Positions 27,822 through 39,655 of a stretch of DNA of 64,000 bases are shown piece by piece. A program made the translations under genes and the position numbers. The notes beneath the pieces were generated by a model, which was not told where the DNA came from, searched no databases, and was given only the letters and a program-made list of their open reading frames with translations. The stretch lies in assembly GCA_030704615.1 (NCBI GenBank), contig CM060731.1:61938001-62002000 (forward strand). Reading direction: 5' to 3'. Numbering within the stretch: the stretch's first letter is position 1; each line of letters starts with the position of its first letter. This DNA comes from Takakia lepidozioides. Its lineage: Eukaryota > Plantae > Bryophyta.

Positions 27822-30800
27822 ATGCAGGGCAGGGTTGCATCAGGCACCTCCACCATGACCACTGTACTTGAAACAATATCAAGAGAGGTCAACAACAACT
27901 CTTCTGGTACTTGTATGCATGTGAAGTCACTATGTAAGGCAGGGCAACTGCAAGAGGCGCTGCACATTTTGAACCAAGGGGTCATTTTGGCAGACTCCCA
28001 TACATACGTATGTCTCTTGCAGGAGTGCACCAAGATGAAACGTCTAGCAGAGGGAAAGCAGGTGCATGCCCAGATTATCCAAAGTCGATTCAAACCAAAC
28101 ATCTTTCTACTCAACACCCTTGTCAACATGTACGCCAAGTGCGGTAGTGTGGTGCAAGCACGCCTAGTGTTTGACAAAATGCCTGAACGAGATATATTTA
28201 CGTGGAATATGATGATGGCAGGATATGCCAAGCATGGGTGTGGTAAGGAGGTCTTGGAGATCTATGAGCAAATGATATTGGAAGTGGTGACACCAGACAA
28301 AGTCACATTTTCTTGCATCCTCAAGGCGTGTGCCAGCCTCGCAGCCCTGCAGAAGGGCATGGAGGTTCACGCTAAGATTGTCAAAATTGGAATTACACCA
28401 GATATCATTCTGCAGACTGCCCTCATTGACATGTATGCAAAATGTGGGAGCATGAAGGATGCTTGTCAAGTATTTGACAATATGGCTCGACGAAATGTCG
28501 TCTCGTGGAGTGCAATGATTGCAGGATATGCCCAGCATGGATGTGGTAAGGAAGCTGTTGAGACTTATGAGCAAATGATACAGGAAGGGGTATTGCCCAA
28601 CAGTGTCACATTCATTTGTGTCCTGAAGGCGTGTGCCAGCCTGGGAGCCCTGGAGAAAGGCAGAGAGGTCCACTCTTACATCTGCAAAACTGGGATCGTG
28701 CCAGATATTATCCTTCAGAATACTCTAGTGGACATGTATGCCAAATGCGGGAGCATTAAGGATGCGTGTCAAGTGTTCAACAATATGGCTAAGCGAGATG
28801 TGGTATCATGGAACATAATTGTTGCAGGATATGCTCAGCATGGGTATGGTAGGGAGTCTTTCGAGGTATATGACCAAATGATACGGGAAGGGGTGACTCC
28901 CAACAGGGTCACATTCGTATGTATTCTCAAGGCGTGTGCCAGCCTGGCTGCCCTGGAAAAGGGCATAGATGTCCACACTGACATTATGAGAGCTGGAATT
29001 GACCCAGATATCATTCTAGAGAACACCCTCATTGACATGTATGCCAAATGTGGGAGCATAAAGGGTGCACAGCAAGTTTTTGACAACATGGCTAAGCGAG
29101 ATGTGGTCTCCTGGACGGCAATGATCGCAGGGTATGGTCAACATGGGTGTTGTAGGGAGGCCTTGCAAGTATTTCAACAAATGCAACGTTACGGCTTAAA
29201 GCCGAACGTGGTCTCATGGAACGCTATGATTGCAGGATATGCTCAGCATGGGTTTGGTAAAGAGGCTTTGGCAATGTATCAGCAGATGACACAAGAAGGG
29301 GTGATGCCTAACAAGGTCACATTTGTTTGCGTTCTCAATGCGTGTTCCAGCCTTGCAGCTCTGGAAAAGGGCAAAGAGGTCCATGGCAACATTATCAGAG
29401 CGGGAATTGCACCAGATGTCATCTTGGAGACTGCCCTTGTTAACATGTATGCCAAATGCAAGAACGTAAAGGATGCACGTCAAGTGTTTGACAATATGGC
29501 TCAACGAAATGTTGTCTCCTGGAGTGCAATGATTGCAGGATATTCTCAGCATGGGTGTGGTAGGGAGGCCTTGGTTATGTATGAGCAGATGATAGGGGAA
29601 GGGGTAAAGCCCAACACAGTCACGTTCATTTGCGTTCTCAATGCTTGTGCCAGCCTGGCAGCCCTCGAACAGGGCACAAGGGTTCACTCTGACATTATCA
29701 GAGCTGGAATTGTCCTAGATATCAATCTGGAGAATACCCTTGTTGACATGTATGCCAAATGCTGGAGCATGACGGATGCCCGTCAAGTCTTCGACAACAT
29801 GGCTAAGCGAGATGTGGTCTCCTGGAATGCATTGATTGCAGGGTACGCACAGCATGGGTGTGGTAGGGAGGCCTTGGAGATGTATCAGAGTATGATACAG
29901 GAAGGTGCGGTGCCAGACAAGATCACGTTCGTTTGTGCTCTCAATGCATGTGCCAGCCTTGCAGCTCTTGAAAAGGGTAAAGAGGTCCATACTGATGTCC
30001 TAAAAACTGGAACTGAGTCAGATATGATTCTGGAGACTGCCCTTGCTGACATGTATGCCAAATGCGGGAGCATGAAGAATGCATGTCAAGTGTTCACCAA
30101 TATGACCCAACGCAATATTGTCTCATGGAACGTAATGATTGCAGGATATGCTCACCATGGCTGTGGTAGGGAGGCTTTCGAGATGTATGAGCACATGATA
30201 CAGGAGGGGGTGATACCTGACATGGTGACGTTCACTAGCGTTCTCAATGCGTGTGCCAGCCTGGCAGCCCTGGGAAAGGGCAAGGAGGTCCATGCTGATA
30301 TTATCAAAGCTGGAATTGTGTCAGATAGCTTTCTGGAGACTGCCCTTGCTGACATGTATGCCAAATGTGGGAGCATGAAGGATGCACGTCAAGTGTTTGA
30401 CAATATGTCTCATCGAAATGTGGTCTCATGGAGTGCAATCATTGCAGGATATGCTCAGCATGGGTATGCTGCAGAAGCTCTGCAACTATTTGAGCAGATG
30501 CAACAGGAAGGCTTGAAGCCAGACGGTATCACCTTTATATGTCTTCTCTCTGCATGTAGCCATGTGGGTCTAGTGGATGAGGGTTGTCACTACTTTGATT
30601 CCATGAGTCGGGATCATGGTCTCACTCCTACGGTGGAGCACTTTGGCTCCATGGTGAACCTTCTTGGTCGAGCAGGGCAATTGGATGAGGCAGAGGATTT
30701 CATCAACAAAATGCCAATTGAACCAGATGCTAGGGTGTGGGGGCCATTGCTTGGTGCATGCAGAACTCATGGTAATGTGGAGGTGGCAGAACGTGCAGCA

Positions 30801-31343
30801 AAAAGCCTTCTCAAGTGGGATCCAGAGGACTCTGCAACTTATGTGCTACTATCAAACATCTATGCTGCGGCTGGCAGGTGGGAGGATACTGCAAAGGTGA
30901 GGAAAATGATGATAGACAGAGGTGTCAGAAAGGAGCCAGGTCGCTGCTGCATTGAAATCAATGGCAGCGTCCATACATTCATAGTAGACGACAAATCACA
31001 TGCACAGATTGAGGAAATCCATGCTGAGGTGAAGAGATTGTCTGGGAAATTGAAGGAGGCTGGATATGTACCTGACACACGCTTTGTATTGCATGATGTG
31101 GAGGAGGAGCAAAAGGAATCTTCTCTTTGCCACCACAGTGAGAAGTTGGCCATTGCATTCGGGCTCATCAGCACCTCCCCTGGGACAACTCTCCATATCA
31201 TCAAGAACCTTCGGGTTTGTGGTGACTGTCATACAGCGACCAAGTTAATATCAAAGATTGTTGAGCGAGCCATTATTGTACGGGATGCCAACCGCTTTCA
31301 CTTCTTCGAAGATGGGGTTTGTTCTTGTGGGGATTACTGGTGA
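27822..31343 (+). CDS. PLS-class pentatricopeptide repeat protein with E1-E2-DYW deaminase domain (organellar C-to-U RNA editing factor)
   Basis: Uninterrupted ~1170-aa ORF; 27 P/L/S motifs ending P2-L2-S2, E1, E2, PG box (PGRCCIE), HSEKLA and CGDCH zinc ligands, terminal CSCGDYW; true start uncertain (ATG 27822, a later ATG, or an upstream exon). Confidence 0.96.
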   Translation: MQGRVASGTSTMTTVLETISREVNNNSSGTCMHVKSLCKAGQLQEALHILNQGVILADSHTYVCLLQECTKMKRLAEGKQVHAQIIQSRFKPNIFLLNTLVNMYAKCGSVVQARLVFDKMPERDIFTWNMMMAGYAKHGCGKEVLEIYEQMILEVVTPDKVTFSCILKACASLAALQKGMEVHAKIVKIGITPDIILQTALIDMYAKCGSMKDACQVFDNMARRNVVSWSAMIAGYAQHGCGKEAVETYEQMIQEGVLPNSVTFICVLKACASLGALEKGREVHSYICKTGIVPDIILQNTLVDMYAKCGSIKDACQVFNNMAKRDVVSWNIIVAGYAQHGYGRESFEVYDQMIREGVTPNRVTFVCILKACASLAALEKGIDVHTDIMRAGIDPDIILENTLIDMYAKCGSIKGAQQVFDNMAKRDVVSWTAMIAGYGQHGCCREALQVFQQMQRYGLKPNVVSWNAMIAGYAQHGFGKEALAMYQQMTQEGVMPNKVTFVCVLNACSSLAALEKGKEVHGNIIRAGIAPDVILETALVNMYAKCKNVKDARQVFDNMAQRNVVSWSAMIAGYSQHGCGREALVMYEQMIGEGVKPNTVTFICVLNACASLAALEQGTRVHSDIIRAGIVLDINLENTLVDMYAKCWSMTDARQVFDNMAKRDVVSWNALIAGYAQHGCGREALEMYQSMIQEGAVPDKITFVCALNACASLAALEKGKEVHTDVLKTGTESDMILETALADMYAKCGSMKNACQVFTNMTQRNIVSWNVMIAGYAHHGCGREAFEMYEHMIQEGVIPDMVTFTSVLNACASLAALGKGKEVHADIIKAGIVSDSFLETALADMYAKCGSMKDARQVFDNMSHRNVVSWSAIIAGYAQHGYAAEALQLFEQMQQEGLKPDGITFICLLSACSHVGLVDEGCHYFDSMSRDHGLTPTVEHFGSMVNLLGRAGQLDEAEDFINKMPIEPDARVWGPLLGACRTHGNVEVAERAAKSLLKWDPEDSATYVLLSNIYAAAGRWEDTAKVRKMMIDRGVRKEPGRCCIEINGSVHTFIVDDKSHAQIEEIHAEVKRLSGKLKEAGYVPDTRFVLHDVEEEQKESSLCHHSEKLAIAFGLISTSPGTTLHIIKNLRVCGDCHTATKLISKIVERAIIVRDANRFHFFEDGVCSCGDYW

Positions 31344-32769
31344 AATGAGAGGGGGCACTGAGATTGTTATCCGATTTGCATCTCATCAAAACCCCGGATG
31401 ACAACAATCGTTTGTACTTGAGGTAAAAGAGGCCGGCGGTGTGGTATACCTAGGCCACAGTGAGGTTCATTTGAAAAGGGAGGCATTGATTTTGAAGTAA
31501 CTGAAAAAGTGAGTACGACGGCCGGCTGTCTCTGAGGGTCCATCATATCCTTCATTTACTGTTTGAAATGAAACAGCAAATGAGCTGTGGTTTCCAAGTG
31601 TTCTCAAATATAAATGATGTCGACTCCGTACTAATGTTTTTGTTAGAGCTTCCAGACCCCTCAATTGGTCCTGGTGAAACAAGAATGGCTGCTTCAACTC
31701 AATACTTCATAGGATTGGACTATTCAAAAACCTCTAGGTAGTTGCAAAGATGCGCTATTACTTGCGTCATCATTACTGTTTGGTAGAGATCAGGATTCTT
31801 AGTCAACAGATAGGAGTTGCACCAGCTTGTTGTTAGAGTGGTCGTCTCCTACAGTTACTATGCGGATGGCAGTCATCCTGTCAGCATTATCAAAGCCAGT
31901 TCCTTCTCCTTCAGGAAAACGGCATTTGCTCTATTCATTTATCCATGGCAAAATGTGTGTATATATATTTCATATGGTCCCACTCAAAACATGTAGCTAA
32001 AACACATCACTCAAGTGAGTTTTGGGGGAGGAAATGCAACATCTGGGCAACTTGTCCTTGACGCTCGACTACAGTGAAGTAGTTCTTAGTTGCTTGCTGA
32101 TCTCTTCAATGTAACAGAGATTAGATTGCATAGAAGTTCAACTTGGGGAGGCCTCTAGAAGTTTGTAGAACCACCAAGTACACCAAGTCCAATTCTCGCT
32201 ATCAGCTGGACTATAATTTCAATGTATAATAGGCCTACCCTCCTTTTGAACATATTGTACATCACCAAGATGTTGATCTCTCTTTTCAGATGCCTCCAGA
32301 AAACAGAGGATGACAGGAGATTCTTGTTTCCTTCCTGCCTGCATCTCCCGAGTGTTGGAGTGTTGTTCACTATCATCAAACTGCATTCAAAAGTATTGTA
32401 CTTTCAGCTGACAGGCTTGAAAGATTCTCCCACACACACACAAAGACCAGTTGAATTGCACACACCTTATTTCTGGCACACCTCAAGTGCGGGCTCAGGG
32501 TCTCACTCCTATTCGACGGGCACCTACCAAACCCCAAGACTAGAGACCCGGCTCAACACCCAATGCAGTTCTTATATTGCTAGAGCACAGATTCGAATTC
32601 CTTCTGCACTACCATAGCACGGGCCATGAGTGTGACTAACAGGGAGGATGAGACTCTCATGAGACTGCAAATATAGGAGGACCCGCCATCTAGTCGACCT
32701 TGTGCAGTCAGAGCACCAAGTGGACACTGGAGATCTGCTTTGACAGAATTATATCACCATGATGAGGCT

Positions 32770-34740
32770 CGTATGAGTATGGGGGATGGAATCCGGTAGT
32801 GGCATCCGGTAGAGGCGGTACCATCTATATGTATCTAGGAGGCATGAGCAGATTCGAGCTGTCGTTTGTTGGTGATGATAGCAGTGAGAGAGCGGAGGGC
32901 CGCGAGGTGTATGGCTTTGCAACATTTATGGATGGAAATGATGGGGAGTTTAAAGTTATTGTGAAGTTCAGAGATGTTGGCATTGTGGATGCCTTTTGGT
33001 GCCGGCAGTGATGACAGTGAGGGGGCCTGTGGCCCAACTTCTCCGGCGAATAGCAAGAATGAGTGGTGCATATTTTTGGCGTTTTTCTAGGATGGTAGCG
33101 GTCATGGTAGAATGTGAATTTTAAGAAGTGTATGGTAATAGCGGGGGACGGGGCAGAGGGTGGTGGCGTTGATGGGGAGCCCTTGGACGACAAGGATATC
33201 CGGACAGAGGCGGGAAGGGCATGTACATGATATGTGAGGGCGGCATATACATGGGAGAAGCCACGTAGGTACCGTATGGTCTGGGCCGACCTTGGTGGGT
33301 GCCCGCATTGATGAGTGAGAACCATCGAGTTTCATTACGTTGTAGGAGTTTGTGGATGTGCCATACAACATGGTTGTGTCATGCAATACGAAGCCCATGA
33401 ATGACTGGTGGGGCATTCGCTAAGAAGGTGGAGCTAGGTATCACGTGTGGCATGGATATGGGAGCATAGAGGGCAGTTTGGTGAGGGGTATACGGTTGGC
33501 CAAAAGGTGTATTTGCGTTGGTGGCCCATGTACTGGGCGTTTTCGGAATTTAAGGGTTTGTCGTATTTGTGCGTATGATGCAGCTTTGGTGTGCCAGTAG
33601 TGGTTTGTGGTGGAGTACATCGGAGAGGGTCCATTTTTGGATATGCAATTTGGTGTGGCTGAGAGAGGTAGAGGCCTGTTTATTGGCTTCTTTAGTCAGG
33701 GAAGTCAGGAGATTTTGGATGGGTCTGGAATCTGGGAGGCCAGGGATTGGGTGTATTAGCCAGAAGGGGTGAGTATGAACGATGTGTATGGGGTCATCTT
33801 AGGGTTCAACTGGAGGTTGGGAGGCACCCAGTTGGATGAGGAGGTCAGCCTCCTCGTTGCCGTGGATAACTGTGTGTGAACGAATTTTGAGAAAATGAAG
33901 GGGTTGATTGATGGAGATGGCTAGGTTGATAATAGCGGTGATAAGGTTTTGGTTGGGGTGGTGGAGGTGGGAGGAGGGACAAGCCAAGTGGTTGCGAAGA
34001 ATAAAGAGAGAATTTAGGCTATTCGTAGGGTGGGAACGAGGTCAGTTGTGACAGAGCTTAAAAAATGGCCATAAGTTCAACGCAGAGTATGGTCACAGGG
34101 CCTTGGAGGCGATGAGCGGTTCATTTGTTAGTAGCGGCATGGTAGACGCCATATCCGGCGTGGGGATATTACCCTAAATACCCCTCCAGATTGGGAGAGG
34201 GGGTATTTAGGGGAAGTGGGCCCAAGGTGAAACCGGGGGGGGGGGGGGTTGTGGGAGATAACATGACTGGGGTTGGGGCGGGGGGTGCTAAGGTCCATGC
34301 TTTTAGCTTAGTGGGTAGTCTGGCGGTAGGGTTGCATATTGGAGGAGGTAAGTATGGGGTGAGTAACATGCTATGGATATCGGAAAGTAGACGAGTGAGA
34401 TGCACATGAAATCGGCGGGTATGGGGGGGCATGAGGTAGCTTGGACAAGCATAATTAGGGTCAGAGTAGTTTTTTGTGGCAGAGGTATTTTGGGAACGGT
34501 GGGTTGTGTGTGTAGTGAAGATGGTTGGGTTCCAATAACAACTAATGATATCACTTCTGGGGGAAGTTGTAGAAGGGGGTGGTTGGTGGTCAGGTGAGTT
34601 TTGTTGTGTAAGAATGAGAATGGTGGAGGCGGAGGAAGAGGAGTGGGCGGCGAGGCGCGCCCATAGAAGAGCTTCATGCATGTGGGGCCGGGAACTGCCT
34701 TGAGGACAGTGCTCATATAAAGCAGCTTGCAAGCTACACT
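32770..34740 (-). mobile_element. Decayed non-LTR retrotransposon 3' half with RNase H, CCHC zinc knuckle and restriction-like endonuclease (Dualen/RandI-like architecture)
   Basis: Minus-strand frames give AGYGVY...ILCVELMAI...TNSLNSL...HFLKIRSHTVIHGNEEADLL (RNase H), then CPLC...DT*LHLLSEC (CCHC), LRIA*HN (RHN), RLCPDILVVQG...IHFLKFTFYHDRY (PD..E motif, E>K); left boundary approximate. Confidence 0.7.
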
Positions 34741-34799
34741 GTACTATTCAAGTGCATGTAAGCACTGCAAGGATACGCCACTGTCCATCACAATAAACT

Positions 34800-37700
34800 A
34801 TATGTATGTGTCGTTTCTTGGGGGAGAAATCGGACGACTTCTCTGTTGACTAGAGCCTCCATGTTTCTGACTCAGCCTCCTATGTCTTTTCAATTCAGGG
34901 ATTGGACCTCTTGTATAGACAACAATCGGGTGATGCGAAGCAAAGTTTATCTAGAACATAAATCTGCAATCTAGTCCTGAACCACATGTGATCGAAAAGT
35001 GCAAAAGGACCTGCAGGCAGCAATGCTAGCTGCTAACTCTAACCACTCAGTCGTAACCGTGCAGCTTCTAGGTGATTTGCAGAGCTTGAATACTGAAAAC
35101 CCCATATTGCGAACGAACATATTCAAATTAAAACAAATGACTCTGGACTTCATTAATCCCTCCTTCTGGAAATCCTACAATCACCGCCACGTTGGTCGAA
35201 ACATGTCTGTGCATGTGCGGGTAAGTGTGACATTATCGCATGTACTCCGGGGGAAAGGACGACCACCTGGAGCCTGCAGCCACATGCACGGTCTCTCAAT
35301 AGGATCATACAGTCTAAGGCCATTTTTGTACAACGGCCAACTATATTGCAGAGGAGATTTACAGCTGAACACACCCTGAACCTCGTTTAATGCACGATTC
35401 CGGCAGCTCTTTCGCATTGTTTGTCGAGTCAGGACGACTGCACACGACTTATCAAATTTCATCACTGCCCACGTCGAGATTTTTTCCCCTATCAGTATCT
35501 GAGTCTGTTTCAAATCTCCAACCCGGCAGAGTATCACTATGCATGCTTATCAGTAGAGTGCAACGGATGCACGGCTGATAATCTCACGCCCGGGAGCTCA
35601 CCTGTACTGACAAGTTGATATGTTTGCTTCGACCATTCCTGAGGCACCCTTTAACGATATGAAGTACGGAGGCCTGTTCTGGAGTAAACAGAAGTAAGTT
35701 GGTATGTGCGTATGTACTATATCCTCTCCTCAGGTCCACTGTGCAAGCAAATGCTGTACAGTTTAAGGACAGTTTATATGTACTTGTAACACAAGTTTCC
35801 TCCCTGGTACGATTCAAGTGCCTGGGAAAAAGTTACGTCTGACACTGATAAGAAAGTGTGCCAGTAGCTTTTCTTCATGCTTTGAGGATAATGGGTCCGA
35901 TATGAATCCAGTATGGGGCCACTACGGTCCCGTGAAACATTTGGCACTAGTGCCTTCAAAAATTCCTTGGTCTCCTAGTAGTATAGCTTACCAGGAATAG
36001 ACAAGCAGCGAGCGAAACAATGCTATATTGGATTGGAGACTGCTGGCATTGGCGTTGTGGCAGTGGTTGCTTGGTGTCAAGTGAACACCAATTATTTTTA
36101 CATAGAGCTCTCTCACTGCTATCATCACCAACAAACGACAGCTCGAATCTGCTCATGCCTCCTAGATACATATAGATGGTACCGCCTCTACCGGATGCCA
36201 CTACCGGATTCCACCCCCCATACTGGTTGCTTGGTGTCAAGTGAACACCAATTATTTTTACATAGAGCTCTCTCACTGCTATCATCACCAACAAACGACA
36301 GCTCGAATCTGCTCATGCCTCATAGATACATATAGATGGTACCGCCTCTACCGGATGCCACTACCGGATTCCTCCCCCCATAATGGTTGCTTGGTGTCAA
36401 GTGAACACCAATTATTTTTACATAGGGCCCAACGCCGGCCACGGATAAGTCTTCTCTCTCCTCGAGGCCACGATGAAATGTGAACATTCGACCAGTTCAA
36501 CATAGTAACTGTTTGAGATACTGTACAACTTCTTGATTGATCAGTCGTATTGAGTACCCTACTTACATGCAGTGCCTCTTCATTGACAGCCATGCATGAT
36601 GCATTGTAACTAGTCTCCATGATCACGATGTGTGAAAACACCTCTGCTGAGTCGACTGGCACTTGTGAACTTCAACTCATGTAGGGTTCCTTCCGTAGCG
36701 AACGTTGCAAACTATAAACAGTTGAGAAATGTGCGCCAAAATTGTCGGGGACAACAAAAATTCGACCTCGTGAGGTGTGAGAGTACTTCTACAGCTTATC
36801 ACAAATCTGCATATTTAGAGAGTGTCTGGTTTGGTGCGGCCCACAAAGCGACCCACAAATTAACATGACCCACATGATCTGATAGCCTGTCGGTTTTCAT
36901 TGTATCGAGATGGCTTTGGGCCAGAATCTGTATCGGTTTCTAATATGCACATATCTTTCTATCAAATTCGTATCTATGAGTGCAGGTAATCCGTCTCGAC
37001 TACTATCATGAATGTCGGTGCGTAACTATCTGTACTGTTGCTAGAGAACATATCTTTAGAGAACCCAAGTTTGTGGTGATCACCATGGCTGTAGTCATTG
37101 TTAAGAAAACTTAGAGAAACCCCCCCACCCCCCCATATGCTTCATCAACTGAATTTTTATGTTCCTCTGATTGTGATTCTGGCTGGGAGGATAGTCCTGA
37201 ACTGTGTATTCGATAAGTTAGTATGGAGAGTGTGTTCGTTCAGCCCCCGTCTCTCACTAAAGAGGCAGGAGGACATGTCACCTTGGCTGCATAGGAATGT
37301 GGCCGCCAACCGACAGAGTTCTATAAAAAAATTAATAATAAAATGACTTCAGACTTGAGTTAAAGATGAAAAGCTAACTCCGAATCGACATGCGCGCAGA
37401 ACAGATAAGCCCATCCTGCCTAACAACTTGACAGGTTACCTTTTCGCAAGCCGCTATTGACACTGTCCTAGGTACACAAATCAAATCCACAGATGTACAT
37501 GGGCACACTCGAGCAGTTTATCCTCTCAATCTCTCTTGTCAGCGAGTGTTAACTTCTTACATTCTCTTTTGCTGGAGGTTAGACAAACTGTAACTTTCTC
37601 ACGGATTTCACAGGCAAACGCTATTTTTAGGAAACTACAGTGTAAAATGGCCGATGCATACACGTCCATGGATATAGTATGTGGGACAAGTATCTTTTTT

Positions 37701-38230
37701 ACAGGCCCATGGCGGGCCACACAGAATACAAACGCATCCCTCCTGCTGTAACCTTGTGTATGCTTGTCCCCTCGTGGTGAAGACTGTTAAACCCGTCTTT
37801 TTCTTTCTGCAGATAGCTTAACTTTCAGAATGTCGAACGTTACATATCAAACAGAGAGCCAAAAGGATCATGAAGGATGATTTGCCCTTTCCTTAGACTT
37901 ATCTCTGTGCCTCCATCCATAGGAAATGTCTGACTGTAGTTGACGCAGCTGATCCCACTACAACTTCGCTTGTTTCAGAGACGTGCTACTGCGTGTAGAT
38001 CAACAGTCCCAGTCACCAATAACAAATTTAAAGACGCTGTGTGTCTAGTGGTCAATCCCACAACTCCCTCATGTCAGAAATACCGACGTGACAGTCTGCA
38101 GTACGTACAATGTCTCGTCAGTTAGAAATCCACATATGAAACAAATGCTCCAAATGGGCTATCCTATGTACATGCTCATTCGAATTGACAGCAGACATTG
38201 ACAAAGTGAGGACCTGCAGTGAGTGAGACG
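34800..38230 (-). other. Unidentified, possibly decayed long coding region
   Basis: CT-rich leader and acceptor-like CTCACTCACTGCAG near 38215-38310 on the minus strand; long frames broken by stops of the kind C>T/G>A decay produces; family not recognised. Confidence 0.3.
36064..36425 (+). repeat. A-B-A-B-A tandem structure: A = 42-bp hairpin-bearing repeat, B = ~118-bp 3' end of the RLE retroelement
   Basis: A at 36064-36105, 36224-36265 and 36384-36425; B at 36107-36223 and 36267-36383 is the reverse complement of ~32777-32893. Confidence 0.92.
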
Positions 38231-39655
38231 GTTGTCAAGAACTTGTCACCTTGAAATCAGAGAGTGGGAGGAGGAGACTCGAGAGGGAGAGAGAGACGAA
38301 GGGGCCCGGGAAAGGGATGCACTTGCACCATGTAGCAAAATCTAGTTAGAATGTACGTAGCTTGGTCAATACAAGCCAACAACACTACAATAACAGCTCT
38401 AGAAACACCAAGATTGGCAATGCAAGTTTCAGTTCCTTCCAGGTCAACATTGTCAGTGCTATGTTATATTGTTCATGTTTGCATCCTCTCTATCTCTCCA
38501 AACGACGCGCTTCCACAGAAATCCAAAAAAAGGGAGAGAGGGCGATGCTGCCACTTCCAGCACTGGCTCTCCTGTAGGAGCGCGATTGTAGATTGTCCAG
38601 TGGCAGCGCAATGGGGTGCGGAGAGGAAGGATGGATGCAGAGAGCACGCGATAAATCTAGCACCTCATTACCTAGCCTCTCTACTTACATACATATTGAA
38701 AGCGCAAGACGTATTGAATAATCGCATGGTGCTTGGAACGCAGGAGCGTCAATCATGTGTCAATCATCCTCACTATCAGGCAGCCTTCTTTCACCGGTTT
38801 ATGATGCAGATCCTTCGTTAGATGCAGTTCAGAACAACGAACCAGTACAACCAAATGAAGAATCTGCATCATAGACTAGTGAAACGAGACCAATGTCACG
38901 CTAGATACACTTGCCAATTCGAAACAAATGTGAGGCTCGACCATCACGTTTCGACGAGACCTTCCTACAACCGCTTCGGACCCTCAATCCTCCTCAAACA
39001 GAACTTGCATTACAGTAGCTCACCACTGCACTCTATATATGCTAATGCGAGACTACTGCACCCCCAGTCCTCGCCTCACTCGCACTGGCGTGTCCCTCTC
39101 TCGTCCCCAAACAGGTTTTTCTGTCTGTGCATCCATTATTGCAGCAGCGAGCTCGTCATTGCAAAGAAAAAGCGAGGGCCATGCTTAACGAATCTACAAA
39201 GCACATAGAGCGCAGATCTACTCTGCACCGCGAGTACACGCACTTCACATGCTTCGCAAACCCGCTCTCATCTCTGCGCCCATCATCGTCCTCCTTTATA
39301 CTGTCACACGCTTACCGTCGCCTCTTCTACTCACATCTCGCAACCTTTTCCTTCGACGGGGAAGATTCATGCAACAGCCGATCGGACGGTGGATAATCTG
39401 TAACGTGGCATTCCTGTTCCAGCACGTGTGATGGATTTATCTCGTGACACCTAGTTATTCAGGGCCACACGGAAGGGGCCATTGACGGTATTATTTTAAT
39501 TGTTTGTGTCATGTATACCTTACTAATCCGTAAAGAGCTTTATTCCATTTTGTGGCCCCCTACCACCTTTTTGCCCATTTCTTCAATCTACGGTGGCCCT
39601 GCTCGCATGGTGCTATATCCGGGGCCTCGCACTTTTGTCTTTAACTCGCACCCCC

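Noticed and set aside
27806-31250. Multiple antisense and alternate-frame ORFs over the PPR gene
   Set aside because: Shadow ORFs caused by the repetitive PPR codon pattern
30930-31343. U-to-C (DYW:KP type) editing domain
   Set aside because: The domain has a PG box, HSEKLA and a DYW end, i.e. the ordinary C-to-U type
36064-36425. CRISPR-like repeat-spacer array
   Set aside because: The spacers are two near-identical 118-bp retroelement ends, there are no cas genes and the context is a plant nucleus
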